A stretch of DNA of 64,000 bases from Octopus sinensis (lineage: Eukaryota), in NCBI RefSeq assembly GCF_006345805.1, contig NC_043013.1:42346001-42410000 (forward strand), read 5' to 3'. The notes under the pieces were generated by a model. The model saw nothing but the letters and a program-made list of their open reading frames with translations. It had not been told where the DNA came from and ran no database searches. Positions 38,004 through 53,214 of the stretch are shown here, one piece after another (position 1 is the stretch's first letter; each line of letters begins with the position of its first letter). Made by a program: the position numbers and the translations under genes.

Positions 38004-38422
38004 TATATACATATACATATATATAAATACATACATACGTCCATACATGCAGACATACATAGATAGTCCCGTGTTTATTGAGAAATCATTGTACATAGTG
38101 GTGGGGGAAAGTAGACATCCTGTTGCTTTCGTTCATCGTTGGTCAAATTTCCAGCCACATTGACAAATAATTGAAATAAAGAATAATTCTTTTATTATAG
38201 AACTAGCTTCAAAGCCGCGCTCTGTGCAGTCTTTTAAGCTAGCTCCTGCAGAGGGCTAAAATTAAAGAGAGCTAAATAGCATGATTATAATATGTCAATA
38301 ATGCGTTCATCTCTTAGAGAGTTTTTAGTACTAGCCTTTTCGTTTGTTGCAAGATCAGCGACAGTGTGTTGCTTGAATTTGAGCAGAAGCGGGCTACTTC
38401 CATTTCTACCAGACGAGGTGTC

Positions 38423-38470
38423 CAGTACCGAAGAGAGACGGAAATAGCTCGAAACCAGGCTGGTCTGCTG
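38423..38470 (+). ncRNA. type I hammerhead ribozyme (GUC site)
   Basis: CAGTA-CCGAAGA-GAG-acggaaatag-CTC-GAAA-CCAGGCTGG-TC-TGCTG. All three helices pair; U4>C. Confidence 0.72.
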
Positions 38471-39279
38471 ATCCCGTCGCTAGAAGATGGTAAGAGTTTG
38501 CTCCCCTGCTCGCTGTATATCGGATGCAGCTGTGCGTCGTTAACCAGTTAGAGATGTCCTATTGGGGTTAAGAAATCGCAGTAAAATACGTTCCAACAGA
38601 ACAGCCATATTGAAGTGGCTAAGAACATTACTTGCTAGTACAGTTACTGCGTTCATCTCATAGAGAGATTTTAGAACTAGCTTTTTTTGCTTATTATACA
38701 AGAATTTAGTTTAAAAGAACATAGAATCATAGAGTTCTTATCCCCCACCCCCACCCCCAAAAATGAAACAGAGAAAGGTGAAGAACATTCCACTCATATT
38801 AAGCAACTGCATACCTATTTTTGCCCACCACTGTATCTATATATTATAAAGACTCCGCCGGTTACGACGACGAGGGTCCCAGCTGATACGATCAACGGAA
38901 CAGCTTGCTCGTGAAATTAACGTGCAAATGGCTGAGCATTCCACAGACACGTGTACCCTTAACGTAGTTCTCGGGGATAATCAACGTGACACAGAGAGTG
39001 ACAAGGCTGACCCTTTGAAATACAAGTACAACTCATTTTTGCCAGCTGAGTGGACTGGAGCAACGTGAAATAAAGTGTCTTGCTCAAGGACACAACGCGT
39101 CGCCGGGAATCGAACTCACAACCTTACGATCATGAGCCGAATGCCCTAACCACTAAGCCTCGCGCCCTCACCTATATATTATATACACCTATACATACAT
39201 GTGCGCACACACACACACACACACACATACACACACACATACATACATATATATATATATGTGTGTATATATATATGTA

Positions 39280-39321
<42 letters not shown>

Positions 39322-39463
39322 TACATAAATATATGTATGTATATGTATATACATATATATGTATATATATATATATGTATGTATATGCATATATATATAT
39401 GTATATATATATATGTATGTATATGTATATATATTATATATAGATATATATACATATACATAC

Positions 39464-39513
<50 letters not shown>

Positions 39514-40016
39514 CTATATATACATATATATATATATATGTATATATATATGTCATTGTGTGTGTGTGTGTGTTTGAGTGTGTGTATGCGCGCGCGCGTG
39601 AAGGACTTGGGAGGAGACCTGTATAGCATTTGTGTCTATCTCAAGAGCTTTAGTATCTTAAGTGATGTGAATTGACTCTCTTCTGACTTTTTTTTCTATT
39701 CCTTTATTTATTTATTTTCTAAAATTTTCTTTGTTTTTTTTTGTTTTTTTTTGCCTTTAGTTTTGGTCGCTGGACTGTGGGCCTTGCTGGAACCCAGCAG
39801 TTACAGCTCTAATTATATCAACTGGTAAATATTTCATTGACCTCAGAATGGCGAACAACAAAAATAAACAATTCGACAATGTAGTCTTTGGTTGTGTGAT
39901 TTATAAGCTTACGTTGCAGCCCCATAATTTCGGGTTCAATCTCACTGCACAGCATCTTGGGCAAGTGTCTTCTACTAATGTCCCAGGCTGACAAAAACTG
40001 TGAGGAAGCCAGTCGT

Positions 40017-40122
<106 letters not shown>

Positions 40123-40345
40123 TACACAGACACACAGACACACACATTATTTAAAACAGTTTATTTCGGCTTCTTGTGGCTTAAAGTTTCGCAGGCATCT
40201 AATAGAAGCCCGTTTCTTTCAGGCTTCAGTTTACAGAATGGAGAGATACTGGAAGTCCAAGATGGCTACTGGAAGATAGACTGCTATTGGCCATGGCGGG
40301 TCACATCACGTCGTTGTCAAAGAATATCAGTTGCTCAGACATGTA

Positions 40346-41270
40346 TTGGGTCATTCCATAAATAATGCAGTCTTTTTATACTTCTTTTAATTTTCAAAGT
40401 AAAGATAACCAAAGTTTCTTTTAATCTAAAATATACTCTCCTTCATTTTCTACAATGCTCTTCCATGTATCTGGTAGACTTGCAAGGCCTCTCTTCCAAA
40501 ATTCACTTGTCCATGTCGAAAAATACTTCTCCACTACTGCTCCGACCTCGTCTACTGAATTCATATTTTTTTCCATCCTAATGATTTTGAAGATTGCGGA
40601 ATAAATGATAATCAGATGGGGCAATATCCAACGAATATGATGGGTGGGGCATCGTTTCCCATTCAAATGGCTCCAGCTTCTGGAATATCATCTTCGCTGT
40701 GTGACCGAGCATTATCCTGATGGAAGAACACCTTTCCTCTTGAAACCAAAGACGGTCGCTTTTCTTCTAGCGCAGGTGTCGATGAATGATTGAATGACCA
40801 AAACCAGGCTTCTCTACTAGTCCCTCAACAGTTACAATGGGATTTTGTTCCACCGGGGTTTGCAGGACGTCCTAGTAGAGCTCTACAGATCTTCTAGGAT
40901 GAGGCTCGTCTTCAAGGCTGTAGTTTCCGGTTTTGGAATTTCTGGAACTACCGTTGACACTGGTTTACTCTTATTATCTGATCCCCAAGTACTGCATTAA
41001 TATTCCTCGCACTTTCCGTTGCATTGTTGCCTTAATTTAACTCATAAAGCAAAATATACAGAATATACTTATTTGTCACTTCCATTATAGCTTTGAAGAA
41101 AAGTAACTGTTAAAATCGAACTGCACTCTTCAAAGCTTGCACTAAGAATAAGGACAAGGTAAAATTACGACCTACTTTTATAGCAAGTTGATGCAGGTAG
41201 TTTATCCTGTCCCCTTCCAACTTTTAGTTCATGCAAGTGAAAAAACAGCATTATTTATGAGATGACCTAA
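40346..41270 (-). mobile_element. internally deleted mariner transposon
   Basis: TIRs TTGGGTCATTCCATAAATAATGC / GCATTATTTATGAGATGACCTAA with TA flanks. Remnants HPSYSLDIAPSDYHLF (YSPDLAPSD motif) and FWKRGLASLPDTWKSIVENEGEY. Confidence 0.9.
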
Positions 41271-41928
41271 TATATGTGTGTGTGTGTGTGTGTTTGTTTC
41301 CCCAACCACGCCACTTGACAACCGGTGCTGCTTTGTATACATCCTCGTAACCTAGCAGTTTAACAAAAAAGACCGATAGGATAAGTACCAAACTTTAAAA
41401 GAAATACAAAAAAATGAAACGTAACGTGGTCGATTTGTTTGACTAAAAACCTCTGAAGGCGGTGCCCCAGCATCGCCGCAGTCCAGTGACTGAATCAGAA
41501 AGAAAAAAAGGATGGCTATAGGTGAAACGTTTTTGATCAGTGGTCTATTCGATCAAAGCCGACCGAGGCTTGGCAGCTCGATGATGACGATGGTGTTGAG
41601 GACCAAGTAGATCTTTATCACACACGCTCGAACAGTGAAATATTTCCAAGATAGCAATGGAAACTTTGTATTCAACAAAGCTTGCTTTTCTCAGGGTAAA
41701 CTGAAAAAAAAAACACGAGAACAACTCTTAACCTTTTTTAAGTGGAAGGAGTGTCGTGTTTACGATAATTATATAAGTTTGCAACAGCGGTATAAGTATG
41801 GTTCAAACCGTTACTTTTGTATCGTGATTCAGCAAAGTTCTCCAAACAGAAAATAACATAAAATGAGAAAAACAAGACCCGTGTGTGTGTGTGTGTGTGT
41901 GCGTGTGTGTATGCGTGTACGTACATAA

Positions 41929-41959
<31 letters not shown>

Positions 41960-42104
41960 AGTGGCTGTGTGGTAAGTAGCTTGCTTACAGCCTCACGGTT
42001 CCGGGTTCAGTCCCACTGTGTGACACCTTGGTCACGTGTCTCCTACTATAGCCTCGGGCCGACCAAAGTGAATTTGGTAGACGGAAACTGAAAGAAGCCC
42101 GTCG

Positions 42105-42221
<117 letters not shown>

Positions 42222-42634
42222 CTGTGTCTGTAATCGATAAATTAAGTACCAGTGAAACACTGAGATCGATGTAATCGACTAGTTCTTCCCCCTCCCCCAA
42301 ATTTCAGGCCTTGTACCTATAGTAGAAAGGATTATTGCGCACCGGCCGCTCTCACTGAGATGAAGACCCGCTTGCTAGATCAATAGGTTTTGGGGTTTCA
42401 CTCAATATTCTTCCTGCCATTTCTCATCGTCATTTTTTAACCAAATTCAGTAGCTTTCCTTGTCCACTGTAGTCTGGATATCACTCATGATGGTATTTGC
42501 TTACGATGAGTTAGGCCTAGCGACAACAACAATCGCCCCATTCTACTTCCAGTGTATATAAAGGCCACAGAACCTCCCAAACTAAATAGCAACATTGAGG
42601 TCTCAAACTAGACACCAATACAGCGAGGTTGACA

Positions 42635-43060
<426 letters not shown>

Positions 43061-43332
43061 CGAAACGCGGAGTAGATGAAACAGAGGCGACTGAAGAAGG
43101 GGAATTTTCCTTGTGTTGTATGTCCTGTACTCTATTCTTTCGTTGTTTAAGAAAAATGTCCATTTCTTTGGTTTTGTGTTTATGTTTTCGTTTCTCACAG
43201 TGTTCGACGTTTTTTTGGTGTCCTGTACCCATACATGCATGTATATATACATGTAGGGGTAGGTACGTACATATATGTATGTATATATGCATATGTTTTA
43301 TTTATTAATTTGTTATATATACATATGTACGG

Positions 43333-43403
<71 letters not shown>

Positions 43404-44323
43404 AACATATATAATAGAATAGGCAACTATTTAGAATATTATAAATATACGTTAACTCCAACTGCGAAAGATAAATCATACTTATCATTATATCTTTGTG
43501 ACTTCCGAATTCTTTTTGAGGTTGTGCACCTCCCACGTTTTAATGTTAAGTTGACATGAAGACAAACGTTAGTGGTTTTAGACGTGTTGGAAATTGAATA
43601 TCAACTGTAATGTTCGCTCTAAGCGACGCTCTTCTGTTTAAGAATGCGTACAAAGGAAAAATGTTGTGCACATAGACGTGGGCATGACTGCGGTATTAAG
43701 AAGCTTACTTCCTAACCGTGTGGTATTGGGTTCGGTCCCACGCCGTGGCATCTTGGGCAAGTGTCTTTTCTTATAGCCCCGTGCCGATTAATGCCTTGTA
43801 AGTGAATTTGGCACACGGGAAACTGAAAAGAAGCTCGTCGTGCGCACGCGCGCGCGTGTGTGTGTGTTGTGTTTTTGTTATGTTTGATCCCTACCACTGC
43901 TATACAACCGGTGCTGGTTTGTTTGCTTCCTCATAATATATCTGTTCGGCAAAAGAGACCAAGACGACAGAAAAAGTACCACACTTAAAAATAGTACTCG
44001 GGTTGGTATCCCAGCATGGCCGCAGTTCAATGACCGAAACACGTGAAAGGTTAAAGGACTTAAAATTTTTGTTTTTCTTTTGCTATTACCAAGAAAGCCA
44101 AAATTTGCACAGAAATTAACCTCCGCACTCGGCCACAGCCAATAAATTAAAGGAAATATTGTACCGTCGTAGTTGAAGAAATTGTTGATGTCGATCTGTT
44201 ATAAAGTTCATTACAGGGGATTACATGATCAAGCGACAGCTCAGCAGGAGAAAACTGAAGCCGGTGACATCTTGCCGTTGATAGCATTGTTTTGATTAGA
44301 TGTGTTTGAAGAAGAGTACTTAA

Positions 44324-44544
44324 CCCTTTTGTTACTGTATTTATTTTGAGATGTTCTGTGTTTCTTTCAATTACTTTAAATATAACAAAGAATTTAGTAA
44401 AATAACTTAGTTATCATTAAGCTGGTGTTAGGAACATAAATTGTGACTAAGGTTTGGGGGAATATTTTAATTTTAAACTTAAGAAAACAAGACATTTGTA
44501 CTACAAAGCCAGAGCCGGTTTTGGCCAGGTTGGTAACGAAAGGG
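44324..44544. mobile_element. piggyBac-like MITE
   Basis: TTAA-CCCTTTTGTTAC ... GTAACGAAAGGG. The right TTAA is degenerate. Confidence 0.65.
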
Positions 44545-46825
44545 GAAGAGTTATTTCTTCAGTTGATGCTAACTGAACCTTATTCATCTTCACGTTTATT
44601 CCAAGCTGTGTTTCAACCGGCAGACTCAGACAAACACGCATCGGTTGTAAATTTCACTGTCGTATCCGTGTAATAAACCATTTGTGTCCATTTTCATAAG
44701 AAGAGCTCAATGTTGCTATTCTTGTTTTCCGAGAAAAGGTGGTGAGCAGGCAAAAATCGTTAGCATGCCGAGCAAAATACTCAGCGGCATTTCATCAGTT
44801 CTTACGTTCTGAGTTCAAATTCCGCTGATGTCGTCTTTGCCTTTCATCCTTTCGGGGTCGATAAAATTAATTCCAGTTGAGCACTGGGGGTCGATGAAAT
44901 CGACTTACCCCCACCCCCCGAAACTGCTAGCCTTGTGTCAAAATTTGAAACCAATATTTCAACTGGAGATAACTTCTACGTTATAACCTCTGAGATAATT
45001 TCTATGGAATTGTAAGCATTACGATAGTTGGGAAGAACCTTTAGTAAATACTCATCAAATTTTCCAATAGATGGATTTTAACATTTAAAGTCAGACTTCA
45101 TTGTACTGCTCCTTATACTTTAGTTAGGATTTTCAATTCTCTTGAATCCGAGTTAGTTTAAGCAGTCCTTTAGATGAATAAGACCACTGTATGATGCCGT
45201 TGTCATTGGAACGCCAAATCTAGAGATTAAAAATAGATATTTCCAGTCATTTGTTTTCACTTCTGCTCGTACATAAAAACGATAAGAATGATTTATCTTT
45301 CGCAGTTGGAGTTAATGTATATTTATGATATTCTAAATGATTACTAATTCAATGTAAGAAGTGGCAAAGTATAAATTCGAGAGACCCGATCTACAATATC
45401 ATTATTTCCTTCATTGTAGATTCCGTATAATTCTGGAAATTGGAGCCGCTTTATAATTTCGTTCAATGTAGGTAGGTGCCATATAATGCTGAAAAATGGG
45501 GCTATTTTTGAGTCTCATCTGAAATCTATTGTCCAAATAAAAACTAATGCTTTCATTTATTCCATACAATCGCTAAGAAACCCACACCAAAACCCAGTCT
45601 GGCGATACACACTCAATAGAGAAAAAAGACTTTGCTCCTTGCAGACAAGTGAACATTGTTTCAAGTTCATCTATCTACCCATCCATCTTCTGCATCCACT
45701 ATTCCTGGAAGGGTCATAAGGGTAAAGTCCTTAGGCACCCCCTCCTTAGGGTCTTATCAAGAAGCAACCGTCATTAGACTTTCCCAAGCGCGAATAATAG
45801 AGATTATGTTATCCAACCACCTTATCACTCAAACATTAATGGTCGTTCCCTCCTGGCCCCACCTCCTGGGGTTTCGAGACACGTATCCTTTGTGCTCCCG
45901 CCTCACAACTCCCAGAACAAGCTGCAGGTTTATTGCTGCTTTTACCGGCATTGAGTGGAGACTTTCAGATATTTTTCGAAAAAAACCCTCAACATAAGAT
46001 CCGAACGCGTCTCTTGTTAACCCGAGCGAGGGACGATGTTGTATAATTATAGATGCAGTATCGTTTAAATCTTGTTATTTAAATGTATTTTCTAATCGGC
46101 ACACATTTTTGATTTACCATATTCCTTTCACAGCCGAACGACTGGTGGCGCATATTTTATTCCTTCATTCGGACATGGAATTATGATTCTCAATAACTCA
46201 GTATTGTAAAGTTTATTTTCAACTTCCTTTTTTATGTTTACTAGGTCTCGGTGCACTGGACAATATTATTTTTCATTGTAACCAATAATAGTGAACTTTA
46301 TCATTTTTTATTGGTGGTACGTTGCAGAATGTCAGAACAATTTAGTGCAAAGTTATAAGGATTATTAGCCACAACAAAACTCATGTTCTACTTATTGTTA
46401 TGGTCGACGACGTCGTTGTCATTGTTGCTGCTGCTGCTACTGGTTGTTGTTGTTGTTAAGCAACAAGACGGGTAAGGGTGATTAAGAGATGGGTCCTGGG
46501 CTTAGGGGCGGGAGACCCCAGACCTTGAAAAAAAAAAACTTTGGTCGTCTTGTTGTAGTCGAAGGCTCTTCCTTGACGCCCGACACCACTGGGAGGTGGC
46601 CCTCGAAGTCGCTAGAAATGGAGATCTCCAGGTCCAAATTCTTGAATGGCTGCTGCTACTGGTGGTACTGCTGCTGTTGCTTCTGCTGCTGACAGTATCG
46701 TTAGGACGCCGGACAAATTGCATAGCAGCATTTTGTTCGTCTTTACGGTCTGAATTCAAATTCCGCCAAAGTTGACTTCGTCTTTCATCCTTGAGTACTG
46801 GGGTCGATGTAATCGACTAGTCCCC

Positions 46826-46873
<48 letters not shown>

Positions 46874-46884
46874 TATTATTATTA

Positions 46885-47003
46885 TTCAGTAGTTTTATTT
46901 TTATAGCGTGCTTTCACTTCACTACCGAGCGCAGCTCTGTGTGCCTTGGGTATGTGCTGTGATTTGTTGTGATGCTCTGATGGTTATTGTATGGAAAGTG
47001 TTC

Positions 47004-47005
<2 letters not shown>
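46885..47005 (-). mobile_element. Dong/R4-like LINE extreme 3' end in (TAA)n
   Basis: Minus strand reads RTLSIQ* then a ~95-nt UTR with AATAAA. (TAA)n on both sides. Confidence 0.55.
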
Positions 47006-47036
<31 letters not shown>

Positions 47037-47277
47037 GTAAGGCGGCGAGCTGGCAGAATTGTTAGGGCGCTGGACGAAATGCTTAGCGGCATTTCGCCTG
47101 TCTTTATGTTCTGAGTTCAAATTCCGCTGTGGTCGATCTTGCTTTTCATCCTTTCAGGGTCGATAAAATAAGTACCAGTTGGACACTGGGGTCGATGTAA
47201 TCGACTCATCCTCACCTCCTCCCAAGCTGCCGTTGTGGCAAAAATTTAAAATCATAATAATAATAATAATAATAATA

Positions 47278-47314
<37 letters not shown>

Positions 47315-47562
47315 TATTATTAAGTAAGGCGGCGAGCTGGCAGAATTGTTAGGGCGCTGGACGAAATGCTTAGCGGCATTTCGCCTGTCTTTATGTTCTG
47401 AGTTCAAATTCCGCTGTGGTCGATCTTGCTTTTCATCCTTTCAGGGTCGATAAAATAAGTACCAGTGGACACTGGGGTCGATGTAATCGACTCATCTCAC
47501 CTCCTCCCAAGCTGCCGTTGTGGCAAAAATTTAAAATCATAATAATAATAATAATAATAATA

Positions 47563-47599
<37 letters not shown>

Positions 47600-47610
47600 A
47601 TTATTATTAA
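47006..47610 (+). repeat. tandem duplication (~290 bp) of an S1 SINE with (AAT)n/(ATT)n flanks
   Basis: 47030-47280 is nearly identical to 47318-47570. Confidence 0.88.
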
Positions 47611-48934
47611 AGCAGTGCGCTGAATCGTTAGTACACCGGACAAAATGCTGAGCGGCATTTCGTCCGTCTTTACGTTCTGAATTCAAACTCTGCCGAGGTT
47701 GACTACACCAATCGAGCGCTGGGGTCGATATAATCGATTATTCCTCGAACCCCCCCCCCCACACACACACACAAATAATATTTCCAGGCTTTAGAAAGAA
47801 TTGTTATTTTATTTATTTATTTATTTATTCATTTATCTGTACAATTAAGCTGTTCTTGTTGCCAGCTACATCTAATTTTGAACAGCCATAAGAAATTAAG
47901 CGTCAATCAACCGGTTTGATGATTAATGATGACTGTCTTAAGAGCAGAACCGAAACAATACAGTAAGTCACAGAAACTGGAACGATGGAGTATGTCACAC
48001 CAGTATCCAATTGCATTTAAACAGGGTGTCCATCTAATTTATAAATAAACTGATGCAATTATCATTTGTTGCACAATTAACATTTAATGTTACTCCCTCA
48101 TCGTGAAATTTAGGACTCATAGCCTGCACGTGAAAGTAATAACACATTAAGTAGCATATAGCGGTTTGATCGGCGGAATTTTATGAAAATGGACTAATTT
48201 ACCATTATTAAAAGCATTCGTTCCTAAATGCGTGACAGGATCTAGGAGTACGATGGGATGATCTACAATTGCTGTAATTTTTAATCTGGCTTCGCTCAGT
48301 TAATTGGTGTTTACTAAACTTCCTTTGGCTAAAGTTCTTTCTACTTATGCAAAATATATCTATACAGGATTTTGATTGTATTACTGATCCAAGAACGAAC
48401 TTATCGCTTTGACTATACCATTACAACAAAAACTAACCAGGCGTCCATCTTAGATTTACTAAGCCTTGTTGAATTTGGCAGAATAAAAGATGCACAGCAT
48501 TTAAGAAGCACCCTAATTTCAGCAGCGCATATTCAGTGGGGAAATGAGCGTCAGGGACAAAAATAGCTTATGGAAGCCCAAAGATGCATGCAGGACCCGG
48601 TGTAATTTTTTGAGACATTTTTCGGGGGGAAAAAAGCATCTTTTTTATATGTCATCAAATATTTTTGTTTGAGTACATTAGAGATCGTTAGCAAAAAAAA
48701 AATTTCTGCTTCTGGATCAGTTTTAATTGTAAAAAAATTTACATAATTTAATTGTAAAAAAAAATTACAGGCGTAGAAGTGGCTGTGTGGTAAGTAGCTT
48801 GCTTACCAGTCACATGATTCCGGGTTCAGTCCCACTGCATGGTACCTTGGGCAAGTGTCTTCTACTATAGCCTCGGGCCGACCAAAGCCTTGCGAGTGGA
48901 TTTGGTAGACGGAAACTGAAAGAAGCCCATCGTA

Positions 48935-48983
<49 letters not shown>

Positions 48984-49568
48984 TGTGTGTGTGTATGTGT
49001 GTGTATATATGTTTGTGTGTCTGTGTTTGTCTCCCCAACATCGCTTGACAACCGATGCTGGTGTATTTTCGTTCCCGTAACTTAGTGGTTCGGCAAAAAG
49101 AGACCAATAGAATAAGTACTAGGCTTACAAAGAATAAGTCCTGGGGTCGATTTGTTCGACTAATGGCGGTGCTCTAGCATGACTACAGTCAAATGACTGA
49201 AACAAGTAAAAGAGTAAAGAATATACATAAAGAAACATGCATCTTGAGCCAAAGCAGGAAATACTTCACCGATTCTTCTTGGTTTCACTTTCGGTTCCAA
49301 AACTTTGACCTGTCTTAGATGATAAATCTTTAATTATTTTTGCAGCTGCACACTTCTAATCATTAAAATGAATGCTCTTGAATTGTTGTAGAATAATAGG
49401 ATATATTTCAATTTGATGATTGCAGAGGATTGACTGTGTGGTAAGAAGCTTACTTCCCAGGGTTCCGTGTTGATTCCCACCGCGTAGCACCTTCGGCAAG
49501 TGTCTTCTACTATAGCCTCGACCCGGCAAAAGTGCAGATCTTGCAGACGGAAACTGAAGGAAGACCGT

Positions 49569-49608
<40 letters not shown>

Positions 49609-51449
49609 CGCGCGTGTTTTGAGGTTTGTTTCTGCGTTCTATCTTTGTGTTTGTCCTCCACCACCGCCTGACAACCGGTGTTGGTGTGTTTACGTTCCTG
49701 CAACTCAGCGGTAGAATAAGTACCAGGTTTTTTTAAAAAATAAGTACTGAAGGTCGATTCATTCAGCTAAAAATTCTTCAAGATGGTGCTCCAGCATGGC
49801 CGCAGTCTAATGACTGAAACAAGTACAAGTTAAACAATAGAATGCAATGAATTTTGGTTTAACTGCTTCAGGTTAAGAGTGAACTGTAAGTAATTTTCAG
49901 TTAAACCCTAGTGTTTTGGAAACAAAATGTCCAAACGGAAAGAAACCCAAAGGATGAAAGTCTGGTGATTTGGCAGAATCGTTAGAACACCAGTAAAAAG
50001 GGATTTACACAGTTGTCCCGGCTCTTTACATTCTGAGTTCAAATTTCGCTGAGGCCAACTTGCCCTTTCTTCCTTCTGGAATTAGTGAAAAAAAGTACCA
50101 CTCAAGTACTCTCTGCCCCTTTAAAATTGTTGGCCATGCGCCTAAATCAGAAATTATCAAAGACAACTCACAGAATCGTTAGAGCACCAGAAAAATATTC
50201 TGTGGTATTTCTTCTGGACCTTTAGAATACTGGGGCTTCAACGTATTTCACTACCTTTTGTCACCCGCTATTACCGCGTCCCGTTTTTAAGTCCTACGCC
50301 AGTCAGGTAAAACGTATTTAACTATAAAGCATTTTACAAAATTAGATATGCATAATCTACTCAATGCTCTAATGAACCCCGTCATTTTTAACAGGTACAA
50401 CATTAGTTTTGTTATAACACAATTTATTTTCTCGAACCAACAAAATGGCCTCTACATAATCTCTGAACCTGCATGAAATGTCAGCCAAGTGTCCCTCAAA
50501 CTACATTGTATCATCATGAAAAATACAAGGACATAGTTGATAATCTAGCCCTCATATTATTATTAAGTTAGGATATTATTATTAAGGACAACTGTCTTTT
50601 AAAGGATAACTGGATAGCTTATGATCAGAGACAACAACAACAGCAACAACAGTGGAATCGCAATGGCCCAGTGGTTAGGGCAGCGGACTCGCGGTCGGAG
50701 GATCGCGGTTTCGAGTCCCAGACCGGGCGTTCTGTGTGTTTATTGAGCGAAAACAACTAAAGCTCCACGAGGCCCCGGCAGGGGGTGGTGGCGACCCCTG
50801 TTGTACTCTTTCGCCCCAACTTTCTCTCACTCTTTCTTCCTGTTTCTTGTCCCCGACTTCCTACGCAACCGCTGAGCCTGGATGCGCATTCATCCATCCG
50901 TCGATGCTCTCGGTGTCGGGGTTTGACCTTCTTTCTCTTCTGCAGGTCTTACGAATAGCAAAGGACCACGATTCGGACTTCTCCCACTGCGAGCTTCAAC
51001 AGCAACAGCAACAACAACAATAGCAGTAGTAGAAACAGCATCTCCTTTCTTTACTCTTTTACTTATTTCAGTCATTTGACTGCGGCCATGCTGGAACACC
51101 GCCTTTAGTCGAGCAAATCGATCCCAAGACTTATTCTTTGTAAGCCTAGTACTTATTCTATCGTTCTCTTTTGCCGAACTGCAAAGTTACGGAGACGTAA
51201 ACACACCAGCATCGGTTGTCAAGCGATGTTGGGGGGGGGACACAGATATACACACATACGCACATATATTTATATACATGTATACGACGGGCTTCTTTCA
51301 GTTTCCGTCTACCAAATCCACTCACAAGGCTTTGGTCGGCCCGAGGCTATATTAGAAGACACTTGCCCAAGGTGCCACGCAGTGGGATTGAACCCGGAAC
51401 CATGCGGTTGGTAAGGAAGCTACTTACCACACAGCCACTCCTACGCCTG

Positions 51450-52045
51450 TTTCCAATTCCTGAATATGTCATTGATGACACCTCTGTTGCATTCGAGAAG
51501 AGTACAACTGTCGAGCGAATCTGTAATTAAGATCGTTCCGCCGACCTCCCTGAATAGGGAGAAGCGAGCCTGTTTTCTCTCGGTAGTTGCTGTGGCGAAA
51601 GAGGTAGAATGGAAGACGAGAGTGAAAGGAATTGCAGCAGGCATGTTTATCTCCAGTGTCGAGCTAATCGACTTTTCCGTTTCCCACATGAAACGGAAAA
51701 TAAGGCTGGAGAAGAAATGCCTGTCGCAAAGTGTGTTTCGTAAAAGATGGATGTCTATAGCAAGAATGTTGCGAGTGAAAGAACCTGTCTGAACGAGAAT
51801 ATAAAAAGGACCTAGCAAAGTCTTGGTTTGTGGGGTCGACCGCGTCTTCCGTTTCATTTTTTTGTAAATCACTCTTTCTCATTTAATTGTCTATATTTTA
51901 ATTGTTTGTTTATTCATACGTTTCGTCTCATTCGATACCCTGACCCCAATGTTTGTTTTGTCTGTCCTCGTATCGTCCCCTCTTTTTCTCAACCTCATTG
52001 TTAATAAAGAAATTGACTGTGATCTCTGCCCTCGATGTTCTTTCT
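51450..52045 (+). pseudogene. L1/Tx1-like LINE ORF2 C-terminus and 3' UTR, 5'-truncated
   Basis: RVQLSSESVIKIVPP...VAVAKEVEWKTRVKG...HMKRKIRLEKKCLSQSVFRKRW resembles Tx1-type ORF2 ends (AKxxxWxxR...FxxRW). T-rich UTR with AATAAA. Confidence 0.6.
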
Positions 52046-53214
52046 CTTCTTTTATTCTTTTACTTGTTTCTCTCGTTTGACTGCGGCCATGTTGGAGCAC
52101 CAAAGAAAGAGAGAAAAAAAATTAAGACGCCCACAAGAAAGCTTCCAAGCCGAAATTTAGTGGTTCAGCTTGAATAAACACATAAATAAATAAGTAAATA
52201 AATAAATAAATAGCATCCGTTATTGCAATCGAAAAGGAACCCCAAAAGTTTTTTTCTTTTTTTTTTTCGAGGTACTAGGGAAATAAAATAACTTAAAATA
52301 GCATAAAACTTAGTGAATGAAGAAGAAAAAGAAGAAGAAGAAGAAGAAGAAGAGGAGGAGGAGGAGGAGGAGGAGGAGGAGAATGAGGTGGAGAAGAAGA
52401 AGAAGAATGGGGCAATGGACGAGAGGAAGAAGAGGTAAAGCGATTGTTGTTGGAGGGAGATGAGGGGTACGGGGAGGACAGGAGAGGGATGAAAAAGGGA
52501 AGATGAGTGGAGGTAGGAGAGGGGAAGTGGAGGAAGACAAGATGAAGAGGAGGAGCAGGAGAGAGAGAGGAAGTGGAGACAGGGAAATGAGGCGGAGAAA
52601 CTGAAAAAGGAGGAGGAGAAGAAGAAGAAAAAGAGAAGAAGAAGAAGAAGAAGAATGCCCTTTTTTTCGAAAGCATTGTGATGAAATGAGAAGCTCTACT
52701 TGGAAAGTACTTGAGGTGGGGTGGGGGTAAGTGTTTTTTTATTTTATTTTATGGCTATTTTTGGTTAAAATTACTTGTTCTCTCTGCTAGAACTATGGTG
52801 GCATCATTTGCAGGCTTAAGTGCGCGAGCGCGTTTGTGTATATGTGTGTGTGTGTATACGTGTTTTGCATGTGTGTGTGCGTCTCTGTGTGTGTCTGTAT
52901 AACTGATTGTGTGTAAGTGAAAGTAAGCAAGCATAATACATAAAGTATACTCTTTACTCTTACTCTTTTAGTTGTTTCGGTCATTTGACTGTGGCCATAC
53001 TGGAGCACCGCCTTTAATCGAGCAAATCGACCCCAGGACTTATTCTTTGTAAGCTTAGTACTTAATTTATCGGGTCTCTTTTGCCGAACCGCTAGGTTAC
53101 GGCGACGTAAACACACCAGCATCGGTTGTCAAGTGATGTTGGGAGAACAAACACAGACACACAAACATATACACACACACATATATATGTATTGCTTTCA
53201 AAATGTGACCTCGT

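Noticed and set aside
45000-46100. Decayed coding-like stretch (LETMFTCLQGAKSFFS resembles a Gypsy RT segment)
   Set aside because: A single short match among many stops; needs blastx.
50653-50725. tRNA gene
   Set aside because: tRNA-like SINE head running straight into the S3 body; no acceptor stem or terminator.
51441-51872. 143-aa minus-strand ORF as a host exon
   Set aside because: It is the antisense shadow of the LINE ORF2 tail.
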